64,000 nt of DNA from a virus. The notes beneath the pieces were generated by a model, which saw only the letters and a list, made by a program, of their open reading frames with translations, had not been told where the DNA came from and made no database searches. The DNA is taken from the IMG/VR virus record IMGVR_UViG_3300039106_000244, positions 1-64,000 of that record; one strand, written 5' to 3'. Position numbers and translations under genes: made by a program. Below, piece by piece: positions 46,965-56,400 of the stretch (positions are counted from its first letter, which is position 1; each line of letters starts with the position of its first letter).

Positions 46965-47796
46965 ACTCCTTAACTAATTCATCTGTAACCCAAGACTTTT
47001 CATGATAGTGAATAGGGTGATATTGATTTGTATTTGCTATACGTATCATTGGCAAATCTGTTTCACACACAACTAACTCGGGCCATGGCGTACTAGTCCA
47101 CGAGTTAATTGCAGGCTTCATGTGTACAAAGTTAATAAAGTCCATCGGCAATGTACAATCTTCTATGCCAAGTAACTTTGCAGTTAACGCATAAACAACA
47201 TCAGTGGTTGGATTGTCATCTCGGCAGTTAAGCAATACATTATCACGTAGATGTGCCCAATTTTTAAATATTTGTTCTGCTAGTGTAAAGAACTGTGTCG
47301 CTTCTCTTGTATATCTAAAATACATTAGTCCGCTGTAGGTGTCAGGTAATTCATTGTCATCGAACAACTTTCTATATTCACGCGATGCACTTAATTCTTG
47401 CTTATAATTTCTACAGCCCGAGCTTAATACAACATTCTTTAATCTAAAAGTAGTCCACCAATGTGCAATACTTCTTGTAAACACAATATCGCTTTCAAGT
47501 TTAATTGTTTCTTTGAATGGAGTAAGATAAAATACCTGCCACTCGTTACTTAACTTCCAAGTTTCAACTTGTGCTAAGTCATTCTCAATTGTAATTACAT
47601 AATCAAATACTTTGCGGTGCTGTTCTGTTACTTGCTCTAATGTATTCTTATCAACTGCTACTGCATATAAACTGCCAGGCATTGTTAATTTAATGCTCAT
47701 TGCCTGTACGTAAGCAAGACGCAAATAATCAACATCTGCTGTGTTTTGTGCAATAGTCATAAAACCTTGCTGTGCTTGATGTGGAGTTATGCGCAT
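46942..47796 (-). CDS. Nucleotide-diphospho-sugar transferase-like (GT-A) protein
   Basis: DYLRLAY..A.SIK, TPFKETIKLESD, YSGLMYF, TDVVYA and FVHMK. Confidence 0.6.
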   Translation of the reverse strand: MRITPHQAQQGFMTIAQNTADVDYLRLAYVQAMSIKLTMPGSLYAVAVDKNTLEQVTEQHRKVFDYVITIENDLAQVETWKLSNEWQVFYLTPFKETIKLESDIVFTRSIAHWWTTFRLKNVVLSSGCRNYKQELSASREYRKLFDDNELPDTYSGLMYFRYTREATQFFTLAEQIFKNWAHLRDNVLLNCRDDNPTTDVVYALTAKLLGIEDCTLPMDFINFVHMKPAINSWTSTPWPELVVCETDLPMIRIANTNQYHPIHYHEKSWVTDELVKEYEHELLK

Positions 47797-48563
47797 ATTG
47801 TATCTACTAGTTTATCAAATTCTGCACTTAATAAGTAATCTTTATCCATTATGTGTACGTTTTGCTTGGCAACGACATGTGCTATATTTTCTTCACGTAC
47901 AACCATCTTTTCACCTGTTATTTCGATGTTTTTAACTAGTTTATCTATAGTTAGCATAGTGAAAGGGATACTTTGCGATAGGTCAGTTGTGTAACCACTA
48001 ATAATGTTATTAGCAATTGCAAATGCGTAATCGTTGCGGAAATTATTTTCTCTTAATTGATACAACTTTTGATAGTAAGCATAGTTGCGTTCAATTCTGC
48101 CCACTAAGTCAAATAATGCTTTTGTTTTATCTGTGCGTTTAAAGGTTATAGCAGTTGCCCATACATAATCTAAACTTAGTTGCCCCATATTACCCGACAT
48201 TGATTGTGTAGGACTTTGATTGTGATGCATTAATCTATAATCAATAGTTGTATTAAGTATGTTTAATAAACTTGTATCAAACTGTAAGTAATCACTGTCA
48301 AGTAATATAGTTTCATCATATGGGCTAAGTTCATAAGCACGATATCTACCACCATTCTTCCATTGTGTGCCGCTGGCATAACCAGTTCGATGGTTGTCTG
48401 CGGAATCTACGCCAGTGTTGGTTATAATTGTAGTGGGTAGATTTAATGTATGCTTTATTAGTCGTGCGGCTTGCTCAGCGATTTTAACGTAATCAACTGT
48501 ATCTGTATTGACTGCAAATAGTATTACGCCCTTAGACTTTTCTTGCACGTTTAATTTCTTCAA
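47787..48563 (-). CDS. Nucleotide-diphospho-sugar transferase-like (GT-A) protein, paralog of 46942
   Basis: DYVKIA, SPYDETILLDSDY (DxD), WAT, FRNDYAFAIA and HIMDK. Confidence 0.65.
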   Translation of the reverse strand: MKKLNVQEKSKGVILFAVNTDTVDYVKIAEQAARLIKHTLNLPTTIITNTGVDSADNHRTGYASGTQWKNGGRYRAYELSPYDETILLDSDYLQFDTSLLNILNTTIDYRLMHHNQSPTQSMSGNMGQLSLDYVWATAITFKRTDKTKALFDLVGRIERNYAYYQKLYQLRENNFRNDYAFAIANNIISGYTTDLSQSIPFTMLTIDKLVKNIEITGEKMVVREENIAHVVAKQNVHIMDKDYLLSAEFDKLVDTICA

Positions 48564-48849
48564 ATTGAATATGCCATGCGTTCATGGCCAGTTGATAATG
48601 TTGTGTGGCTAACTCTAACATTGCTATCCTATTAACTTTAATTGGATTTTGATAAGTATCTTCTATAACCATTTCGTACAAGTCATATAAGTTTAGAAAC
48701 GCTATTAGCTCAGGCGTAGCTTTAAATAGCCCGCCACTAAGTGTAAAATGCAAATCACTTTGTATTTTTTCTCTGAGTATGCGTTTGTTTGTTTGATAAT
48801 CTGTCGCTTGTTTAATTTGAGCAACTAGTTGATTGATTTCTGTTGTCAT
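48532..48849 (-). CDS. Hypothetical phage protein, first gene of the leftward modification operon
   Basis: 105-aa ORF with GGLFKATPELIAF..D.YQNPI. Confidence 0.75.
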   Translation of the reverse strand: MTTEINQLVAQIKQATDYQTNKRILREKIQSDLHFTLSGGLFKATPELIAFLNLYDLYEMVIEDTYQNPIKVNRIAMLELATQHYQLAMNAWHIQFEEIKRARKV

Positions 48850-48863
48850 AATAGTAATTAGCC

Positions 48864-48896
48864 ATAAAAATAGGTAAGTGTAAATAACTTACCTAT
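48864..48896 (-). terminator. Intrinsic terminator ending the structural operon
   Basis: Perfect 10-bp stem ATAGGTAAGT-N7-ACTTACCTAT followed by TTTT on the minus strand. Confidence 0.75.
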
Positions 48897-48925
48897 ATTA
48901 TATTACATTTATATTAATATGTCAA
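48897..48925 (-). promoter_or_regulatory. Consensus sigma70 promoter for the leftward modification operon
   Basis: Minus strand TTGACA-tattaatataaatgtaa(17)-TATAAT. Confidence 0.85.
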
Positions 48926-49888
48926 CTATGCAATAGTTGGCGTACCCCACGAATTAGTTGTAAGATATGTCGATTCCGGGAATACAATATCAATACGGTG
49001 GTTAACTGTTACATTTAATGCGCTATCAAACGCACTATGCCCTGGTGAATCTAAATACATCGAAAATACGATTTGTAAGCCGTGGTCTCCATTCCCCGAT
49101 ACATTTTGCGCACTAGTAAACATACGAAGATAAAAATTATCAGTTGTGTAACTAGCAGTGGTACTAGTAATTTGAAAATGGTTAGTAGTAAGAGATGCTG
49201 GTAATTGTCTATATCCTGCAGCAGTATTATTAGTAACCAATGTACCGCCAGTGCCGGTTCGACCACCATTGCTATTATTTCTAAAAGCAGTTAGCCCGCC
49301 AAAGTTTGTAGCCATTAATGTAACAGCATCGCCACTACGTGCTGTGCCATTATTATTAGTAACACTAGAAATTACTAAATTTATTTGTCCGCCGGCATTA
49401 AAGAAATAACGTGCGGCATCACCACTGGCAAAAGAAACTGTACGCTGAACAAAGTCTGCAGCATACGCAACACCTGCAGCAGCTGTTATACCTGTTGCAA
49501 AATTAGCACCTGTTAGCGTCGAACCTTGTGCTGCAAATGATGCTAAGTTTGTATTGATTGTTGTTACTGCGGTATTGACATTAGCAAAATATGTAATAGT
49601 TTGCCCAGCGGTATAGTTGCCACTCAATACCGCACCAGCACCACTTTGATGACCTAATGCGCCATTAAGTAATGTTAGTAGACCACTCCATTGTGTCGCT
49701 GTTACTAGTGCAGAGCTTGCAACTGTATTAATTGCAGTAATAGTTTGTCCGTATCCTGCAGCGTCAGTGCCAACTCCCATAACATACGCAATGTTTTTAG
49801 TAACACTGGTGTAGGTACCTTGTGTTCCACCCCACGCCAATGCGTTATAGTCTGTTGCTGAAATTAGGCCGCCTGATGCGTATGACAT
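48926..49888 (-). CDS. Virion structural protein (tail/fibre-associated)
   Basis: G/A/S/T/N-rich; MSYASGGLISATDYN, GYGQ and ARYFFNAGG; lies in the structural block. Confidence 0.65.
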   Translation of the reverse strand: MSYASGGLISATDYNALAWGGTQGTYTSVTKNIAYVMGVGTDAAGYGQTITAINTVASSALVTATQWSGLLTLLNGALGHQSGAGAVLSGNYTAGQTITYFANVNTAVTTINTNLASFAAQGSTLTGANFATGITAAAGVAYAADFVQRTVSFASGDAARYFFNAGGQINLVISSVTNNNGTARSGDAVTLMATNFGGLTAFRNNSNGGRTGTGGTLVTNNTAAGYRQLPASLTTNHFQITSTTASYTTDNFYLRMFTSAQNVSGNGDHGLQIVFSMYLDSPGHSAFDSALNVTVNHRIDIVFPESTYLTTNSWGTPTIA

Positions 49889-49972
49889 ATTACTTCGATT
49901 TCCTTTATAATTTGATTAGGTGATACCAGTAATATATTTAGTCTGGTCCATCTAACGAAGATTATTTATATA

Positions 49973-51214
49973 CTAGTTTAATGCCACCCAGGCAGCACCA
50001 GTATATCCATAAAATGTAGTACCAGCAGTTACAAATACTTGCATACCTGCGGCTGGCGAAGTTATTGCAGCGTCACGTGCTGATGTTGTTGCATATACCG
50101 CATTTTTTACATATCCACTAATAGTTACATTAGTTGCAGTAACATTACCTGTAACATTACCTGTAACATTTCCCCAAAGTGTAGTAGCATATACATTAGC
50201 AAATTTAGTGGCATTTGCACCGATATCTATTGTATTGTTTGCATTTGGCAATAGTGTATTTGATGCAACTATAACACCTTGAGTTAACGTATAACCAGTT
50301 ATAGTTACGTTACCGGTGATACTTGCAGTACCTTGTCCAATAAAATTGCCAGATACTGTAACTGCTCCTGTTGTACCATTGATACCGAGTGCTTTTGTAC
50401 TTACTCCGCCTTTATTAACCCATAAATTCATATCACTATTGTTAGTACTATTTGTTAGACTAACAGAACCACTTGCAGATGCAATAGTTAAATCAGTGCC
50501 AACTACTATGCCGCCGCCGGCTGTAATGCGATATGCAGTACTTACATTCTGATCGCTACGTAAATACGATGAAATATTGTTTAGGGTTAATGAGCTACTA
50601 GCATTACCTGTAAATTGTGCACCTGGTACAGCAAGTTCTGCGGCTAAATTTAAGCCAGGTTTAACTGTTGCAAATCCTAAAATTGATGTTTGTGGAGTAA
50701 ATGTAGCATCTTTGCTTAGAATAGCAATTACGCTATTTGAAATATAGAATTTAACAATAACATGACTAATTGAGCTACTATCTAAAATAGTTTCAACTAT
50801 AGCACCAGATGTTCCAGATGCCGATGTATACGTTGGGCCAATGGTTATCCATGCACTTCCACTCCATATCTTAAGTTGCGCATTGTTAGTGTCCCACCAT
50901 AAATCTCCTGTAACAGGACCAACCGGTGAACTACTAGCCGAGGTAGAACTGCTGATAGGTTTCCATATACTGCCATTATAAATTTTTAATACACTATTTG
51001 TACTATCATACCATAATTGCCCAGTTAGCGCAGGCGACGGAGATGCTGTATTAGAAAAATTTTCTAATAATTTAATATAATTTTCATTTAGAAAAATGCC
51101 ATATCCGGCATAGTTTTTACCAATTAGAGTTAAACTAGTAGCCGAAGAATTAATTGTACCATCTACAATAGTTGCAATTGTTACTCCGGCTGTTGTGGTT
51201 ACGTTATATGACAT
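49973..51214 (-). CDS. Tail fibre/baseplate-associated protein
   Basis: N-terminal DGT..SLTLIGKNYAGYG..ENF..P..GQLWYD, GDLWWD repeats and GNVT repeats. Confidence 0.7.
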   Translation of the reverse strand: MSYNVTTTAGVTIATIVDGTINSSATSLTLIGKNYAGYGIFLNENYIKLLENFSNTASPSPALTGQLWYDSTNSVLKIYNGSIWKPISSSTSASSSPVGPVTGDLWWDTNNAQLKIWSGSAWITIGPTYTSASGTSGAIVETILDSSSISHVIVKFYISNSVIAILSKDATFTPQTSILGFATVKPGLNLAAELAVPGAQFTGNASSSLTLNNISSYLRSDQNVSTAYRITAGGGIVVGTDLTIASASGSVSLTNSTNNSDMNLWVNKGGVSTKALGINGTTGAVTVSGNFIGQGTASITGNVTITGYTLTQGVIVASNTLLPNANNTIDIGANATKFANVYATTLWGNVTGNVTGNVTATNVTISGYVKNAVYATTSARDAAITSPAAGMQVFVTAGTTFYGYTGAAWVALN

Positions 51215-51246
51215 TATTTTTACCTATTATGTATTATTTATCTGTG

Positions 51247-52620
51247 TTAAGCGGTGTATTGGAACCAAAAATCGCCATCGTGCGATCCAGAATCATTAAC
51301 TCCTGGATCTGGTGCAGATGTACTTACAAATTTAGCACTGCCACCCCACCATTGTCCTGCTGTTGATACATATTCTGTTGTTGCAATTGCAGCATTACCT
51401 GCACTTTGATATGTTTGTGGTTGTGTTATTGCAACTGCGCCATTTTTTAAATTTAAACCAGTAGCACTTGCAGTCAGTACACTAGTACCATCAATTACTA
51501 AATTGGCACTACCTGTACCTACATCAAGAATTTCTAAATAACTATTTCCTTGATATATTTTATTTTGCAAGAATCCAGCATTATTAACAACGAATTCTGT
51601 TGTAGCAATTTGTGTTGTTGCTGTACCAGCAATTGCTGTAGCGGCTGTTGGAACTCCGCCTAATACTGGAGAAGTAGCAAAACTATCATCTACATAATTT
51701 TTTGTAGCAATACCTAACGTCGTTGTTGGGTCATTATTAACTTCAATTACCCCAGCAGTTGCATCGATATGCAAATATTGTATACTATTTGTAATTAAAC
51801 TGATATTACCATTGGTAGAATTATTTGTTATAGTTGCATCGGCTCCGGTTACCGCCAATGATAAGTCTAACCCAGCACCTATTGTAATTCCACTATCGTT
51901 TGCAATACGTAAGTTACCAGTACCGGTATTGTTAATATCTGTACGGAAATAATTACTAGCAATAATGCCGCCTAAATAACTAGCATTATTTGCAGTGCCC
52001 CAGAAAGTTTCACTACTATGTAAATTGTGGCCAGTTTTAATAGTTGTGAACCCGGTAATTGCAACTAACGGAGTAAACTCGCTATCTTGATTAATAATTG
52101 CGGTACGTGTACCATCGATATACAATGATACAACATTATGAGTTACTGCAACTGTATCCACAATTTGTTCCCAAATTGCGCCACCTTTGCCATGTACTTT
52201 GCTCCATACAGGGCCAACTAATTTCCATCCTGAAGCAGTATACGGGGTTGTTCCATCATAAACGTATAATTGTTCAGCATAAGTATCCCACCAAATGTCG
52301 CCAGAGACAACTGTCGATGGCGCACCAAGTGTACTACTATTTTGTGCTGTTGCACTGCTAATAATTTTAAAATATGTGCCAGTATAAACTTTTAATAATT
52401 TAGCTGCTGTATCCCACCAAAGTTGCCCTGGCAATGGATTGCTTGGTTCAATATCGTATGCAAAATTTTCAACTAGTGCTACTAAATTATCAGTCATTAT
52501 CTGACCATAGTTAGCATAGTTACGACCAACTAATGTTAAACTAGTCTGAGACGTATCCACTGTACCATCTAAAATAGTACCAAGTGTTGTTCCGTTTGTT
52601 TTTCTTATTATATACGACAT
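51247..52620 (-). CDS. Tail fibre/baseplate-associated protein, paralog of 49973
   Basis: Same N-terminal domain; ATKNYVD and IATTE(F/Y)V fibre motifs; C-terminal GDFWFQY. Confidence 0.72.
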   Translation of the reverse strand: MSYIIRKTNGTTLGTILDGTVDTSQTSLTLVGRNYANYGQIMTDNLVALVENFAYDIEPSNPLPGQLWWDTAAKLLKVYTGTYFKIISSATAQNSSTLGAPSTVVSGDIWWDTYAEQLYVYDGTTPYTASGWKLVGPVWSKVHGKGGAIWEQIVDTVAVTHNVVSLYIDGTRTAIINQDSEFTPLVAITGFTTIKTGHNLHSSETFWGTANNASYLGGIIASNYFRTDINNTGTGNLRIANDSGITIGAGLDLSLAVTGADATITNNSTNGNISLITNSIQYLHIDATAGVIEVNNDPTTTLGIATKNYVDDSFATSPVLGGVPTAATAIAGTATTQIATTEFVVNNAGFLQNKIYQGNSYLEILDVGTGSANLVIDGTSVLTASATGLNLKNGAVAITQPQTYQSAGNAAIATTEYVSTAGQWWGGSAKFVSTSAPDPGVNDSGSHDGDFWFQYTA

Positions 52621-52633
52621 TTTATTATCCTAG

Positions 52634-53245
52634 TTATGCTATAGTACTTAAATTAGTTAAAGTTGAAATACGCACTGTATAATCAATTTGAATTAGTCTA
52701 TTTAATGATTTTTGTACTGGACTAAAAATCACGTGTGTTAATAATTTACCAAGGCCATCACCCGATGTGCTAAATCCTTTTAAGCCCAATTCATCAAATA
52801 CAAATTGTCCATTCAGATCCTGGCTATTATCAAACACTGCTTGTCCATTTGGTTCGCCGTAGTCTAATAAACAACTTACAATAATATCACTATAAATTTG
52901 ACCAGGCACGTGCGTTATTACTAGTTTATTTCTTAGTGGATCACCATTTGCTGCATTGGTATCATCAACAATTTTGTAATATTGCGGACTATATAAGTCA
53001 GCATTCTGTACATTGGTATTAGTCGGCAGGTATGTAATAACTCCGGTAGGGTCAACTGTAGTACCACCATTGCCAAAATGCATTTCTGTAATAAAATTTA
53101 CACCTTTATTACTTAAACTTTGTGCAATTGCTTCGCTCATGTTTTCATAGTGAATAGCATTGTCTTTGTCAACAAACATTTCATGTGTAATAGGATCGTA
53201 TATTTTTAAAAATCCTCTAATACTAAAATTAGCCATTGATAACAT
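52634..53245 (-). CDS. Virion structural protein (baseplate/fibre-attachment-like)
   Basis: NAIH, FGNGG, FDELGL and LLTHVIFSPVQKSLNR..IDYTVRI. Confidence 0.6.
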   Translation of the reverse strand: MLSMANFSIRGFLKIYDPITHEMFVDKDNAIHYENMSEAIAQSLSNKGVNFITEMHFGNGGTTVDPTGVITYLPTNTNVQNADLYSPQYYKIVDDTNAANGDPLRNKLVITHVPGQIYSDIIVSCLLDYGEPNGQAVFDNSQDLNGQFVFDELGLKGFSTSGDGLGKLLTHVIFSPVQKSLNRLIQIDYTVRISTLTNLSTIA

Positions 53246-53397
53246 TATGCTCTCTCCTGTACAAATATTTCTTTAGTTTCAGGATCAAATATTTTAATAT
53301 GCCCTTGAATATGTATACCACCGCGCTCATCAGGTTGCTTAGACGGTGTTGCTGTTGGTTGTGTTTTTATTGTTGAATCTTGCATTTTTTTATCCAT
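53245..53397 (-). CDS. 50-aa protein resembling the N-terminus of the downstream gene (not in ORF track)
   Basis: MDKKMQDSTIKTQPTATPSKQPDERGGIHIQGHIKIFDPETKEIFVQERA; TAAATA 5 nt upstream and TAATG coupling. Confidence 0.75.
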   Translation of the reverse strand: MDKKMQDSTIKTQPTATPSKQPDERGGIHIQGHIKIFDPETKEIFVQERA

Positions 53398-53446
53398 ATA
53401 CTTATTTATTTCAATCCTACTAACAGTTATTGTATTTACCGTATAT

Positions 53447-56400
53447 CTATGGTGCGATTAATGTTGCTGTACTTGCTTTTAAGAATGTAACCGGTGCAGT
53501 TGTTGCTCCATTAAATCCTGTCCCATCTGTTGCTACTCCGCTACCTAAATTATACCATACGTTGGTTGTATGCAATGATATATTAGCTGCAATAGTTACG
53601 TTACCGTTGCTATCAACAAATGGGTTGCCAGCATCATTTCTACCAACTGGCACAATACTTAATGGATACACATTACCTGTGCTTGTTCCATTTATTATTA
53701 TCGCTGAACTAAGTGATACATTGCTAGTTATTGTAGTTGGATAGATTGCAACATTAGATCCATTAATTGCAATATTACCACCAGCTTTACCAGTAGTTAA
53801 TGTTGTAATTCCATAGTAACTTAATGAAATGTTGCTAACATTAGCACCGCTTGTTAATACTGTTAAATTAGCACCAGTCGATGATTGTGTTATATAATCA
53901 CCAGCAGTTACAGTAACATTTCCACTTAGAGCTACATCATTATTTTGATATGTTAGACTATTTGTATTATTGCGTATAACCAACAACACTCTTGCAACTG
54001 AATCAATACCAGCTACTGTCATTGACGCACCAGATACAGATTGTGTTATTACATCACCAACATTGGCACTTACGTTACCAGTTAATGAAAGATAGTACGA
54101 ACGAGTTGTTGTTACCGTATATGGTGTAATTGTGCTAAGTGAAATATTAGAAACTACATTTGGCACAAGTTGATCAATGCTACCATCAGTTATAAGTGTT
54201 CCAGCAGTGTAAAGTGCTGGTGTACCTGTACCTTGTGTGCCTCGACGTATTTGCCCAAGTGTATTTGTTAATAGATTACGTGTGTAATAAGTTATACGTT
54301 CACCATTAATAAATATCACGCCAGGGATAGCAATTTGTCCTAATCCTACTGTGTCGATAAATGGTGCAGTTAACTTACTTGCATCTGCCACAACAATTGT
54401 AGTGTCGGTTATTGCTAAATTAGAAGCAAGTGTAGTCGAATGTGCAGATGCTATACGTAAATAACTTTCTTCACGCATCATATTGCTAAACATTCTATAG
54501 CCAATTACATCGACATTACCATTGATTTTAGTATACACTTGCATATCTAATGTATCAAATACAATACCCGGTACCAATTCTTCAGGAGCATGGCTCGAGT
54601 ATGTATCGACATACGCACCGCCAGCCACATTAATATCTTCTGCTCGTGTGCCTAATGCTAAATCAGTGTAATCACTGCGTATAATCGAATCAATAGTATA
54701 ATCATCGAGCATCGGTAATCCATCGGCATCGTATTGAATATTATCAAATACACCTTCGTCAAATGGTGTTGGCCCACTAAAGCCAGGTGCTTGGTCAAAA
54801 CCAGCACCTTGTACTTTTACACCCGGATATCCAATACCTCGTAATAATTGGGTTAAATCACGAGCTGGCATTGATGCACCTGGCTCATAATATCCAGTAA
54901 TACGATCATTTGCAGTAGTAAAATCAGATGCATTGTAAATAGTATAATCGGTTGTATGTATGAACGTAGATCCAGATACTATATTTGCAGTTACGATATA
55001 TGCGTTACGAGTTGCTGTTTCTAGCGAGCCGGTATGTGTTACTATATCACCAATTGTATAGGCAGTATTTGCAGACCATTCCTGCACCGAACTTGTATAA
55101 TTAACTCTATCAAATTTTAATGTTGTATTAATACTGCGAACTTGATTATTAGCAAGCATAGCATACGCACGTGCAGGAGTTGTACAACTACCATTAATAA
55201 GCACAGTTGGAGTTACATAATAACCACTACCACCAGCGATGATATCAATTCTAATTACAGTGCCCAGGTCAAAATCAATAATTGCACGTGCAGTTGCACC
55301 GGACGCAGCAAGTCCACCATCGACTATAGTAACTATTGGTTCGGCAGTATAACCACTGCCGCTATACTCCACTACGATACTCTCAACTTTGTAATTTCTA
55401 TTAGCATACCATTGACTATATGTATCAGTTTGCCATAATGCCTCATCTTTAATTATATTTTCGCCACTCGGACTACGGAATATCTGTGTGTCAGTATCAT
55501 AATATGCCGGTACATCAAAATCAGATATGTTACCAGCATACTCATCGGTGCTATTGTAGTTAATTGAATATTCGCGTATTTTAGTCGAATATGGTTTAAC
55601 TTCTGAGATATAATCTTGATAATAAGTTTGATTATCTTTAATATAATTAGGAGTTTGTGCAAGTGTTCGTAGGGTATGAGCTACACTAATAAAACTAGTT
55701 TTAAATATCCAATCAACATATTTTTGTTCATTGAATATGTAATTAACTACAACAAAAAATAATTTATTAAATTCAGAATCTAATTCTCCAACAAAAATAT
55801 CATCTCGTAATGCTGTAATTATATACCGAACTTCGATTGTTGGAGTTGTATTATTAATAAGAGTACCGTTTGATGTTTTTAATTGCACAGTTCCATTTTG
55901 AATGCCTACGACATCAAAGTGATTTTGACTATTAAGTACAAGAAGATTCCATCCGTGGTCCCCACCGCGGCTAACTCTAACTAATACATCGTCACCGACT
56001 TTAACCGGTAATTTCAATGCATCGGTTAATGTATCAACTACATATTCAAGTTGAGTTTCAACTCCGTACCCAGGTGCGTACCAATCAACATAATCCCAAT
56101 ATAAATCTGTTTTATAACTTTGTATTTTAACTACTTCCCATGTATTGTTAATAGACAATTCATAAACTACCCAAAGATTATTACGTGTAGTATCTTGTTC
56201 TACTAATATTTTATAACCAGGGTCTAGTGTAGTTATATCAATCAATTCTAATTCTAATTCTGTTGCAATTTTTAAATCATATTCACCTAATTTAATATTA
56301 GGTTGCGGTTCAGACGCAGTAAGATTAGTTAAATCACAATTTCGTGCAATTGGTGTAGTTATTAATACACTATTAGCATAGTCTATTAGATTAGACCATG

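Noticed and set aside
50138-50172. Tandem repeat (GTAACATTACCT) as a CRISPR array or VNTR
   Set aside because: It is a short coding repeat for GNVT units in a fibre protein, with no spacers or cas genes.
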